Shown: positions 19,534-28,286 of the stretch, one piece after another | Layout of the letters: every line of letters begins with the position of its first letter | Numbering within the stretch: position 1 is the first letter of the stretch | NCBI GenBank assembly: GCA_012518675.1 | Contig: JAAYRR010000094.1 | Span: 1-53,980, forward strand | Source of the DNA: Bacillota bacterium | GTDB taxonomy: Bacteria; Bacillota; Dethiobacteria; DTU022; UBA8154 | Reading direction: 5' to 3' | Length of the DNA: 53,980 bases | Position numbers and translations under genes: made by a program | Notes under the pieces: model-generated | Seen by the model: only the letters and a program-made list of their open reading frames with translations | The model's database searches: none | Told to the model about the DNA's origin: nothing

Positions 19534-20373
19534 TTATTTTTGCCCTTCTATTACCTGTTTATTTGATTTATCTGCTAGAATTTCATCCATACTACCTGAA
19601 CGAAATCCCTTTAAATCGAGTGTTACATAAACATAACCTATTTCATTTAATTTATTTGAAAGCTTCGGGAGCAAAGCCAAAATTTTTTCAAATTCAGCGG
19701 GGGCAACCTCCAGGCGGGCCAGGTTGCCATGGTGCCGCACCCTAAAAACTTTAAAACCTTGAAATTGAAGATATTCCTCAGCTCGCCTAACCATAGCCAG
19801 CTTTTCTTTGGTAATCTGTTCCCCATAAGGAAAACGGGTTAGCAGGCAGGCTTGTGAAGGTTTATTCCAGGTGGGCAGCTTCATTTTTTGGGATAGTTTT
19901 CGGATATCATCTTTTGTCAGCCCTGCTTTTAGTAAGGGGCTTTTGACCCCCAATTCCCGTGCTGCAAGCGTTCCTGGCCGGTGTTCACCCCGATCATCAT
20001 AATTTGTTCCATCAAGGACACAGGGCAGCCTGTATTCCTTTGCTATCGCAAAAAGCCTTTCAAATAAGTTTTTCTTACAAAAATAACAGCGTTCTGGGGA
20101 GTTGGCGGCAAACTGCCAGTTGGTAAGATTGTTTGTAAAAATAACCTTGTGTTGCAGGGCCAACTGCTGAGCCACCTGTAAGGCGTCCTTTTTTTCCCTT
20201 GGTGCGTGTATTTCATCTAATGCGGTCACAGCCAGTAAACGATCCTTCATTTCCTCCCGGGCGACCTTAGCCAAAAAAGAGCTGTCCACCCCGCCGGAAA
20301 AGGCCAGAACAGCGCCCCCATAGCCCCTTAACAGATCTCTGAGTTTTGAAATTTTATCCTTGATATCTTTCAT
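19534..20373 (-). CDS. larE: ATP-dependent sulfur transferase LarE (PP-loop ATPase)
   Basis: 279 aa. PP-loop AFSGGVDSSFLA, CYFC pair and SQACLLTRFP motif. Confidence 0.9.
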   Translation of the reverse strand: MKDIKDKISKLRDLLRGYGGAVLAFSGGVDSSFLAKVAREEMKDRLLAVTALDEIHAPREKKDALQVAQQLALQHKVIFTNNLTNWQFAANSPERCYFCKKNLFERLFAIAKEYRLPCVLDGTNYDDRGEHRPGTLAARELGVKSPLLKAGLTKDDIRKLSQKMKLPTWNKPSQACLLTRFPYGEQITKEKLAMVRRAEEYLQFQGFKVFRVRHHGNLARLEVAPAEFEKILALLPKLSNKLNEIGYVYVTLDLKGFRSGSMDEILADKSNKQVIEGQK

Positions 20374-20436
20374 TTTATTATTCCCTGCTATCCTTGAATT
20401 TCATTAAAATATCCTCATACAAAACATCTGTCCCTT

Positions 20437-21276
20437 TTAAACGTTACTCAGGGCTTGGTGTGGTTCTACCCTTCTTTCTGTGACACTGGGTGCAGCAAAG
20501 ACATTTCCCCTTATTTTGCTTGCCCGCAAACTGCTGCGGATGATTTTATCTGCCAAAGTCGCTGCACCAAAACCATTGTCGATGTTGACCACACCTATAC
20601 CGCTGGCACAGCTGTTTAACATAGTCAATAAAGCTGAAAGGCCATTAAAATTGGCGCCGTAGCCGACACTGGTCGGCACTGCAACAATGGGAACGTCAAC
20701 CAGTCCCCCCACCACACTGGGCAAGGCCCCCTCCATGCCTGCCACAGCAATGATCACCGCAGCACTGCGCAGTTTATTTACATGGGCTAAAAGCCTGTGG
20801 ATGCCGGCCACCCCGGCGTCATAAATTTTTTCCACCCTATAACCTATAGCCTCTGCTGTTACAGCAGCTTCTTCTGCTACCGGTATATCTGCTGTGCCTG
20901 CCGTGAGTATAACAATTTTACATGGAAATTTTTTTGTTTTTACTGCTGAAAGGCTGACTATCCGGGCCGTTTCATGGTACACCGCCTGGGGACAGTACAG
21001 ATGTACAGCTTCATAAACCTCACGGGAAGCACGGGTACCGAGTACATTTTTGTTGCATTTGGCCAGGCTTCTAAAAATTTCAACAACCTGTTCTGTCGTC
21101 TTCCCCTGGCAAAATATTACCTCGGGAAAACCCTGCCTCAGGGCCCGGTGATGATCAATTTTGGCAAAGTGGAGATCTTCGTAGGGTAGTTTTTGCAGTT
21201 CAGTTAAAATTTCTTCCAAGTCCCTTTTACCGCCCTTATAATCTGTTAACATTTTTTCTAAATGATCAAAATCCAT
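20437..21276 (-). CDS. larB: nicotinic acid adenine dinucleotide carboxylase/hydrolase LarB (PurE-like)
   Basis: 279 aa. AIR-carboxylase-like core ILTAGTADIPVAEEA...AVAGMEGALPSVVGGL. Confidence 0.9.
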   Translation of the reverse strand: MDFDHLEKMLTDYKGGKRDLEEILTELQKLPYEDLHFAKIDHHRALRQGFPEVIFCQGKTTEQVVEIFRSLAKCNKNVLGTRASREVYEAVHLYCPQAVYHETARIVSLSAVKTKKFPCKIVILTAGTADIPVAEEAAVTAEAIGYRVEKIYDAGVAGIHRLLAHVNKLRSAAVIIAVAGMEGALPSVVGGLVDVPIVAVPTSVGYGANFNGLSALLTMLNSCASGIGVVNIDNGFGAATLADKIIRSSLRASKIRGNVFAAPSVTERRVEPHQALSNV

Positions 21277-21338
21277 AATTTCACTGCTGCCTCCTTACCT
21301 GCCTTAAGGTTGTGTCCCGGGCATATACAATACATTTT

Positions 21339-21896
21339 TCATCTTGGGGAGAATTCTCTTACAGGTTCAAAATTGGAGACCAGCTCCAACTGAAGGTATA
21401 TGTTGATATCCTCTTTTGAAACATTCCAAAGTTGCGCTTCCAAAACAGTGCGCAGGGTGCTGGTTGAAAAGTGGTAATCTATCGCCTCCAGCCTTTTTTT
21501 AAGATCTATCAGAAAATCGTGTTCAATCTTGATGGAAAGCAAATGTCCTGCATTGGAAATATATTTAACATTAAAGGGAATCTTTCCTTCATTAACACCA
21601 TTCCTTGTCAGATAAAGCATCTTTTCCCTGAAGGTAATATCAAAATGAACGTGGGCGCTGTCCATGATATGATAACCCCAGATGCCGAGCTCTTCTGCCA
21701 GAAAAAGGGCGACAAGTTCTAGTTTATCCGGGGGCAAATCAATTAGCAAAAGGTATCCGGGCCGGTTTTTTTTAGTAGCAGTCTGCAAAAGCTGGACATT
21801 TTTGGCCCCAAGTTCGAAAAGCTTATCCAGGGCAAAACCAACCGTTTCACCGGAGACATGATCAACCTGCGCTAAAACAAGCTTTCCTTTTTTCAT
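21339..21896 (-). CDS. stand-alone LarC C-terminal-domain (LarC2-like) paralog
   Basis: 185 aa. AQVDHVSGETVGFALDKLFELGAKNVQLLQTATKKNRPGYLL aligns by eye with [43 protein letters not shown] of the larC in this window. It lacks the N-terminal half. Confidence 0.6.
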   Translation of the reverse strand: MKKGKLVLAQVDHVSGETVGFALDKLFELGAKNVQLLQTATKKNRPGYLLLIDLPPDKLELVALFLAEELGIWGYHIMDSAHVHFDITFREKMLYLTRNGVNEGKIPFNVKYISNAGHLLSIKIEHDFLIDLKKRLEAIDYHFSTSTLRTVLEAQLWNVSKEDINIYLQLELVSNFEPVREFSPR

Positions 21897-21961
21897 TTTT
21901 TTAACACCTTATAATTATTATTAAATTAATAAGCATCTCACGGACGCTGTTAAATTTATCT

Positions 21962-22390
21962 TCACAAAAATTGCCCTGCATCCTGGCAGGAATCAACAGT
22001 ACAGCTTTCACTCCAAAAGAATCTTCCTTCTGCATTAAGATATGCAGGAAAAGCAACCGCCTGTTCTTGAAGCTTTTCTTTAAAAGCACCAAAAACAGCT
22101 ATGATTGCTTTGCGGGCAGATTCTTCAGATCCCAGCATTTTCCTTAACATAGCCCTCAGGGAGGGGGTTTCATTTTTCCTGGTGGAATCTGTATAGGGAA
22201 ACGTTTTTTCCCAAAGCAGATTCAGGCCCTGGGGGAACAGTAAGGTTATCTGTTCCCCCTCTGTGGGCCTAAGGGCTGCCTTTAAACACTGGAAAACAGC
22301 CTGCACAGCCAGGGCAGCGTCGGAATAGGTTACATACCCGCCAATCCCTCTTACATAATTAATAAATTCGCGTTCGCTTACTGGCCGCAT
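21962..22390 (-). CDS. DUF2267-like protein
   Basis: 142 aa. Two-repeat helical pattern (EFINYVR..GG....DAALAVQAVFQCLKAAL ... ARKAIIAVFGAFKEKL) reminiscent of DUF2267. Motif-level call only. Confidence 0.45.
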   Translation of the reverse strand: MRPVSEREFINYVRGIGGYVTYSDAALAVQAVFQCLKAALRPTEGEQITLLFPQGLNLLWEKTFPYTDSTRKNETPSLRAMLRKMLGSEESARKAIIAVFGAFKEKLQEQAVAFPAYLNAEGRFFWSESCTVDSCQDAGQFL

Positions 22391-22454
22391 AAAAACATCT
22401 GCCTTCTTAACTAAGTTTTAAATAGACCATTTGTTTGAAACAATTTTTTTAGTG

Positions 22455-22799
22455 CTATTGACTGTATATTTCGGGACGCTTTTTTAAAAAACGTTCAATG
22501 GCCTGTTCTACATATTCGGTTGTTACAATGCCTCCCATAATACAACAGTCTGCACACTTACCACAACCGCTGCACAAAAACGGATCCAAAATCCAGGGGA
22601 CGAAAACACCCTTAGCGTTTGTTTCCGTCATTTTAAGGCATTCCCTTGGGCAGTGGTTTACGCAATCACCACAGCCCTCACAGCTGCCCGGCAGAACCCA
22701 AGGCATTTTTTTGGGGAGTTTTCGCGGTTTTTTATCATTTAGATTACGTTGCAGTTCCTCATCCATGGGTTCCTTACCCCCTTCTTTAATGCAATCCAC
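22455..22799 (-). CDS. 2x[4Fe-4S] ferredoxin-like protein
   Basis: CEGCGDCVNHCP and CSGCGKCADCC motifs. Starts 11 nt after the stop of the 588-aa gene. Confidence 0.8.
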   Translation of the reverse strand: MDCIKEGGKEPMDEELQRNLNDKKPRKLPKKMPWVLPGSCEGCGDCVNHCPRECLKMTETNAKGVFVPWILDPFLCSGCGKCADCCIMGGIVTTEYVEQAIERFLKKRPEIYSQ

Positions 22800-22810
22800 T
22801 GCATAACTGT

Positions 22811-24577
22811 CTATAGTTCTTTGGAAATCAACGCTGCTAAATTAACAGCTTCTTTAATTTTGGGAACCGGGATACTCATACTGATAGTAGCCCCTTCTGT
22901 AGCCTGATTAACAGCTTCTTCAGGGTCCATGCCCCTGGCTGCTGCCACCGCGGCAGGAACAACAATATCCATAGCTACAGCTCCGGCATTGAGCAGATCA
23001 ACAGCCCCGGCAGCAAAACACTGGATAATATCCAACTTTTCCAAGTCTGATTCCAAAAGGGCATCGGGAATAGCCTCGGCTAAGATATTTTTAAAGTTGT
23101 AAACCTTGCCGTCCACCTTAACCTCACAGTCAACATAGCCGTCGAATGCAAAATATTTTTTGGCCAGGCGGTGTGTGCGGCGCCCGGCACCGGGCCTAAC
23201 GTTGTAATACTTTACATATTCAATGTTTCGGTTCAGGGCTTTGCTAAACAGGCGGGCGACACCTTTGCCCAAATCCTCCAGGCGTAGGGCCTCCAGTTTT
23301 TCTGTTATCGCGGTTAGGTTTTTACCTTTTTCAAGTTCAGCATATACAAATTCAGCACGTTTGACTAAAGACTTTGCCATGCGTGGTTCAGTGGCTTTAA
23401 TAATGATGCGGGTTACAGGGCCCCGTTCAATAAAATTGGCATGGCGGGCCAGGATATTGGTGGCAACGTTGGCATGTTCCGGCTGGAAATAACTGTCCAT
23501 GGTCTTTTTCAGAGCTTCTACAATTTCATCCTCATCTAGCCCTTTACCCAAGAGATAGAGCGTAAGCGCCGGCGAAGTACACCAGTGTGTCAAGGGAAGA
23601 AGCAGGGGACCGCCGCTACGCCCCACCCCCAGTGCCGGGCCTTCTTGAATTAAGGCACAGGTTTCATTAAACATTATCATACCTACAACAGTAGGGGTAC
23701 CGCAATCTTTCAGGATCATAGCCAAGTCACCGATGACGCGAGCCGTTTCCAGCGCTTCCCCTGTACCCCTGATATGAATTTTTTCCGGCATTTTGGCTGC
23801 CTCAACTGCAGCAAGACCACAGACGTAGGGTGTGCGGGTCTGCAAGAAAGGCCCGTATTCTTCACCAATATAAGCGTCCGGGTGTAAAATCTCCAGGGCT
23901 GCAGCACAGGAAAAAAGGCTGGCCATCCAACGGCATGGTTTCATTCCCACAGAGTTATAGGCACGCAGCATGGCGTCAACACCAATTTTTACAAGTTTTT
24001 TGGCCAGTTCCGGGAAAAGTATATCTTCCCCAACACGGGTATGACCCGTAACCGGACTTCCCGCTACACCTAAGGGAACAATTTCACCCTTCCAGGGGGC
24101 CAGGGTTTCTTTTTGCATAGCTTCGTACATAGCCTGAACGGCAGCAAAACCGGATATTTTATTATTCAGTTTTTCCGTGGGGATACTGGAAATGCTTCCA
24201 GAAGGCGCCCCGGCTGCCAAGCGTGTCACGGCCCCCAGTTTACGGTTTGGGGCGGGGATACCGGCTGTAACATTACAACCAGCCCAGTAAAGCAGGGTAG
24301 CTGCAATCAGCGAGGCGTTGGAGGCATCTGCCCCGTTGTCCATCAGCACCTTTACAGCCTTGGCAGCAATGTCATCTATTTCTGTACGCCGTTCATTGCT
24401 GACACCAACCCTGACCTTTTTCCCTTTTTGTAATTCATTGGCAATCACGTTCGCTGCTGCCCACACGGCAAAGTTAAAAGAACCAAAACCACCTAGAACA
24501 GCATCAAATTTTTCTGTGGTTAAATAATCCGGCTGAACTGTAACAGCACGATACGCTGCCATAATCTCTTTTTGCAT
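22811..24577 (-). CDS. uncharacterised 588-aa soluble Ala/Gly-rich protein (family not recognised)
   Basis: Long uninterrupted ORF with a GGAGGGAGAACC Shine-Dalgarno region, tightly coupled to the ferredoxin gene. I recognise no transmembrane segments, Fe-S motifs or nucleotide-binding motifs. Confidence 0.85.
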   Translation of the reverse strand: MQKEIMAAYRAVTVQPDYLTTEKFDAVLGGFGSFNFAVWAAANVIANELQKGKKVRVGVSNERRTEIDDIAAKAVKVLMDNGADASNASLIAATLLYWAGCNVTAGIPAPNRKLGAVTRLAAGAPSGSISSIPTEKLNNKISGFAAVQAMYEAMQKETLAPWKGEIVPLGVAGSPVTGHTRVGEDILFPELAKKLVKIGVDAMLRAYNSVGMKPCRWMASLFSCAAALEILHPDAYIGEEYGPFLQTRTPYVCGLAAVEAAKMPEKIHIRGTGEALETARVIGDLAMILKDCGTPTVVGMIMFNETCALIQEGPALGVGRSGGPLLLPLTHWCTSPALTLYLLGKGLDEDEIVEALKKTMDSYFQPEHANVATNILARHANFIERGPVTRIIIKATEPRMAKSLVKRAEFVYAELEKGKNLTAITEKLEALRLEDLGKGVARLFSKALNRNIEYVKYYNVRPGAGRRTHRLAKKYFAFDGYVDCEVKVDGKVYNFKNILAEAIPDALLESDLEKLDIIQCFAAGAVDLLNAGAVAMDIVVPAAVAAARGMDPEEAVNQATEGATISMSIPVPKIKEAVNLAALISKEL

Positions 24578-24679
24578 AATGGTTCTCCCTCCTGAATAGA
24601 GTTCCCAATTTAAATTTTTCTGAATAAATTTTGAGGGGCCCAGAAAAAGATTCGTGCCCCTTTTTATACTGTTTTAATC

Positions 24680-25096
24680 TTAAGCCCGGGGGGGTTTCAG
24701 ATCTTTCCAGCGTTCCTCCTCAAAACCTTTCATTTTTTCATAACCCAAAACGTCAAGGCGTAGGCCGGCTTCTGCACCAGGCCTGGTACAGTAAATTTCA
24801 CTTACCTTTACAACTAAATTGTTGTTTTGTAACGCCCCCTTACCTTTAAACTGGTAAGGGGCCCTTACAGATCCCAGCTGACCGGGGCCTAAGGCCACCA
24901 AGGGGGGTTCCGCAAAAAGATCCTTTACCTGCCCGATCTGAGCCCTTGAAAGAGGAATTTTAACCGTATCGCTTTCTACTTCACAGCCGTAGGAAACTAG
25001 AACCACAGGCAACCGGTCCCTTGTAGCAACGGCTGCATGGACGCCAAATTTTTCAATCCAATTTTTCATACGTGGCGTCAAAGGCACAGTCATCAT
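24680..25096 (-). CDS. PNPOx/FMN-binding split-barrel-like protein
   Basis: 138 aa with beta-rich composition, adjacent to a clearer PNPOx-family paralog. Motif-level call. Confidence 0.45.
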   Translation of the reverse strand: MMTVPLTPRMKNWIEKFGVHAAVATRDRLPVVLVSYGCEVESDTVKIPLSRAQIGQVKDLFAEPPLVALGPGQLGSVRAPYQFKGKGALQNNNLVVKVSEIYCTRPGAEAGLRLDVLGYEKMKGFEEERWKDLKPPRA

Positions 25097-25118
25097 GAAA
25101 ACCTCCTTTTTTAAACCG

Positions 25119-25631
25119 TTATGATGAAAGAACTTTACCGGCTTCCTGCGGTTCCCAGCTATAAATTTCCTCTACCTTCAGGGCAATGATTCCCCTTTGG
25201 GCAAGCTTGGGGGGAGCAATATCCGGGGGAACTTCATCAGGCGGTTCTTTTTCGGCCCAGTTGCCCCATTCTGCAAGAACCTCTTTGGCCCTAATCCCGT
25301 GCCACCTGTAATTTGGGGAAGCAGCGTGGGAAATAATTGTACAGGGACCGCGAAAGACCCAAGTTTTACCTTTAGAGGGGTGGGCTACAGAGATGCAACC
25401 CTGTTCATTTTCGTTAAGGTTAACCTTAGTTTTTTGGGCAAACATCTCGGCAATTAAAATATACTCATCTTTATAGTGGGTGATAAAACGTTCTGCAACA
25501 ATATTGGGTTTACCGTCCTTGCTGCAGGTGCTTAAAAAGACAACTGCACCACCTTTGCCCACTACCTTTAAAACCTGCTTCATTTCTGGTGTCAATTTGG
25601 CCATCAGGCTATAGTACCTCCTTTCTGACAA
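25119..25631 (-). CDS. pyridoxamine 5'-phosphate oxidase family (FMN-binding split barrel) protein
   Basis: 170 aa. VVFLSTCSKDGKPNIV...ILIAEMF..KT..NL..N is typical of the family. The start may be the ATG at 25604. Confidence 0.6.
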   Translation of the reverse strand: MSERRYYSLMAKLTPEMKQVLKVVGKGGAVVFLSTCSKDGKPNIVAERFITHYKDEYILIAEMFAQKTKVNLNENEQGCISVAHPSKGKTWVFRGPCTIISHAASPNYRWHGIRAKEVLAEWGNWAEKEPPDEVPPDIAPPKLAQRGIIALKVEEIYSWEPQEAGKVLSS

Positions 25632-25874
25632 GGTATATACAGAATTTAAATGACTTTGGGCATTTTAATTAATTTACTTGTTTTTATGTTTTACCCAAAC
25701 TGATCATTTAAATTCGTTATTATAAGATTTCATTATTGCAGAAAGGAAGGCCTTTTCATATTTTTTGTTTAATATAGGACAATCTTGTGGTGTTTATTTT
25801 TTTGGCGGGTTGTTCCGGGATATACGGGCCATAGCCCTTTAAAAAATACAACTTATAAAAATAATACAATGGAA

Positions 25875-25897
25875 AGCCCTCTCAAGAGGAGAGGGCT
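25875..25897. terminator. GC hairpin overlapping the response-regulator stop codon
   Basis: AGCCCTCTC aagag GAGAGGGCT. There is a strong T-run on the plus side (TTTTTGCATGCCTGTTTTTTTTT) and only a weak one on the minus side. Confidence 0.45.
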
Positions 25898-27003
25898 TTT
25901 TGCATGCCTGTTTTTTTTTGGCGGTATTCACCGGGCGTTAGCCCGGTAAATTTCTTAAAAACGCGGGAAAAATAGCATGCATCTGAAAAACCTATTTTTT
26001 GGGCAATATAACGCTGTGTCAAGGACCCTTTGGCCAGCATCACTTTTGCTTTTTTAATCCTGATCCTATTTACATAGCTGGAGAAATTTTCCCCCTTTTC
26101 CTGTTTAAAAAGGGTGCTGAAATATGCAGGACTTAAATAAATGTGTTGCGCTACGTCTGCCAAGGTGAGCGGTTCCTTGATATTTTCATTGATATACTGT
26201 TCCACTTTCCTGATAATATGGCTGTTACGGGATTCCTCTTCTTGGGGAACGCTGGAGGCTAGTACATAAACTGTTTTTTTCAAAGTTTGTAGCAGGTCTT
26301 CTTCATTTTTTGCCTGGAATATCTTACACAAGGCTTGATGCTTGCAATCTGTAACTAAAAGTTTTTCCGCACCGGCCTCCAACGCAGCGCGTAAAAGCAC
26401 CAAGAGCAGTTCTGTAGCCAACGCTGAAAGTGCCGGTAAAGCCTCCCCTTGCTGGCTAAACCCCTGCAGAATGGCCTTCAGTTCATAACAAATTGCTAAA
26501 GCCTCCCCCTGTTGCATCAATGCCTGAAGTTTATCTTCTTGGCAGGGGGTGTAGCCTGAAATATCAGTCCGGGAAGGAAATTTTTGGTGTGCATAGCTGG
26601 GATCACCGCTTTTTCCCCCGTTATTTTTCTGTTTAAATTCTTTTAAACAACGGCAGACAACCTTTACTATCCCTTCAGGTTGCACAGGTTTCACCAGGTA
26701 ATCAAACGCACCATAACGGAGGGCCTCCTGTGCATATTCGAAGTAATTATATGCTGAAAGAATAATAATTTTACTGTCTGGTAAGGTTTGGCGTATAAAT
26801 TTCATTGCTTCCAGGCCACTACAGCCCGGCATTTTAATATCAAGGATAACTACCTGGGGTGAATAACGCTTAGCAAGCTGTATAGCCTCCCGCCCGTTGG
26901 CAGCCTCGATAATATTATGCACTGGGACATGGGAATTTTTTAAAATTATATTTAAACCTTGGCGAACAATCGGTTCATCATCGGCAATTAGAATATTGAT
27001 CAT
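25882..27003 (-). CDS. two-component response regulator, REC plus AraC-type HTH
   Basis: N-terminal ILIADDEP...LDIKMPG receiver. C-terminal AraC helix-turn-helix (YLSPAYFSTLFK...FSDACYFSRVFKKFTGLTPGEYR). Confidence 0.9.
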   Translation of the reverse strand: MINILIADDEPIVRQGLNIILKNSHVPVHNIIEAANGREAIQLAKRYSPQVVILDIKMPGCSGLEAMKFIRQTLPDSKIIILSAYNYFEYAQEALRYGAFDYLVKPVQPEGIVKVVCRCLKEFKQKNNGGKSGDPSYAHQKFPSRTDISGYTPCQEDKLQALMQQGEALAICYELKAILQGFSQQGEALPALSALATELLLVLLRAALEAGAEKLLVTDCKHQALCKIFQAKNEEDLLQTLKKTVYVLASSVPQEEESRNSHIIRKVEQYINENIKEPLTLADVAQHIYLSPAYFSTLFKQEKGENFSSYVNRIRIKKAKVMLAKGSLTQRYIAQKIGFSDACYFSRVFKKFTGLTPGEYRQKKTGMQKALSS

Positions 27004-28232
27004 CTATTATACACCTGCAAATTCGTTTCTTGGTGCCCCCTGCTATCATACACCGGTGTTTTCAGCCCTGAGGGCAGAACAAGTAAAACCTTCGTTCCTT
27101 TTCCAAGTGTACTGCTGATTTGTAAACCATATGCTGGCCCATATAGTAATTGACATCGTTTGTGAACATTATAAAGGCCCATACTTTCGTTGTTTCCCTC
27201 TGTAGATACAATATACTTTTGCACTTCTGCAAGCCTTAGGTTATCCATACCTACACCGTTGTCCTCTATGCTGAAACAAACAAGATCTTCTTCCAGCCAT
27301 CCCATTATTTTTAGAAGTCCTGCTTCTTCTTTAGGTTCAATCCCATGGACGACAGCATTTTCTACCAAAGGCTGCAATATCAGCAATGGAACCTCTACCT
27401 GCAAAAGAGCCGGATCAACTTTTTTTCTAATCTGCAGCCTTTCCCCAAACCGGGTGCGCTGGATTAACAGATAGTCATCTACTGCTGCCAGTTCTTCCCC
27501 CAAGGTCACCATGCTGCGCCCTTTTTGCAAATTATTTTTTAGTAAACCAGAAAGGGCCCTGATAAGCTTCTGGGTTTCGTTTGCCTCCTCCATTAAAGAT
27601 AGCATATAAATAATATTTAATGCATTGAGCAAAAAATGGGGATTTATTTGCAACTGTAAAGCTTTAAGTTCCGCCACCTTCAGTGCTTTTTCCGCCTTGA
27701 GTTTTTCTGCTTTTAACCTGCTGTTATAGATCTGCATCATAAAGTCAACAATTGTTTCCAACAGGCGGCCGACCAACCGAACCTTACCTGTGCCTAGAAC
27801 TGGTATCTCTGCATAGGCCCGTTCAAGCTCCGGGGGCGCAAGTTTCAATTTGGCAGCCAACTTTAAAATATCATATTTTTGCTGCTGGGTTGGACAGTTT
27901 TCCAATATTTCCCCGCAAATTAGGGCACCAAGGGGTTCACCGTCAAAAAATATGGGCACCGTCACCTGGGTTAACCCTGCATGGCAGGTATAGTTACTGG
28001 CCTTTATGCAAGGATCCATTGTCTTTAAAATGTTTTGTGCAGAAGCGTGACACATTCTTGCCCCTTCCGGGCTTTTGCGTATCAAGCTGCAAAAGTTACA
28101 AGGTTGCTTACGGTGGCTGGTAAGAATTCTTTCTCCGGAGTGATCTATAAATTTCAGCCAAAGGTTGTCCATTTCACTGATAATATTCAAAACAGGCTGT
28201 AACCCTGTAATATTAAAAAGACTTTTTACCAT
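27000..28232 (-). CDS. sensor histidine kinase with N-terminal PocR sensory domain (LytS/YehU-type kinase core)
   Basis: PocR-like CNFCSLIR...MCHASAQN...YTCHAGLTQVTVPIFFDGEPLGALICGE, then NPHFLLNALN and a GHKL ATPase (IEDNGVGM). Overlaps the regulator gene by 4 nt. Confidence 0.85.
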   Translation of the reverse strand: MVKSLFNITGLQPVLNIISEMDNLWLKFIDHSGERILTSHRKQPCNFCSLIRKSPEGARMCHASAQNILKTMDPCIKASNYTCHAGLTQVTVPIFFDGEPLGALICGEILENCPTQQQKYDILKLAAKLKLAPPELERAYAEIPVLGTGKVRLVGRLLETIVDFMMQIYNSRLKAEKLKAEKALKVAELKALQLQINPHFLLNALNIIYMLSLMEEANETQKLIRALSGLLKNNLQKGRSMVTLGEELAAVDDYLLIQRTRFGERLQIRKKVDPALLQVEVPLLILQPLVENAVVHGIEPKEEAGLLKIMGWLEEDLVCFSIEDNGVGMDNLRLAEVQKYIVSTEGNNESMGLYNVHKRCQLLYGPAYGLQISSTLGKGTKVLLVLPSGLKTPVYDSRGHQETNLQVYNR

Positions 28233-28286
28233 TATTCAGGTGCCCCTCCTGCATCAATAAAGATATATTTTTTTGCCAATTGTTTG

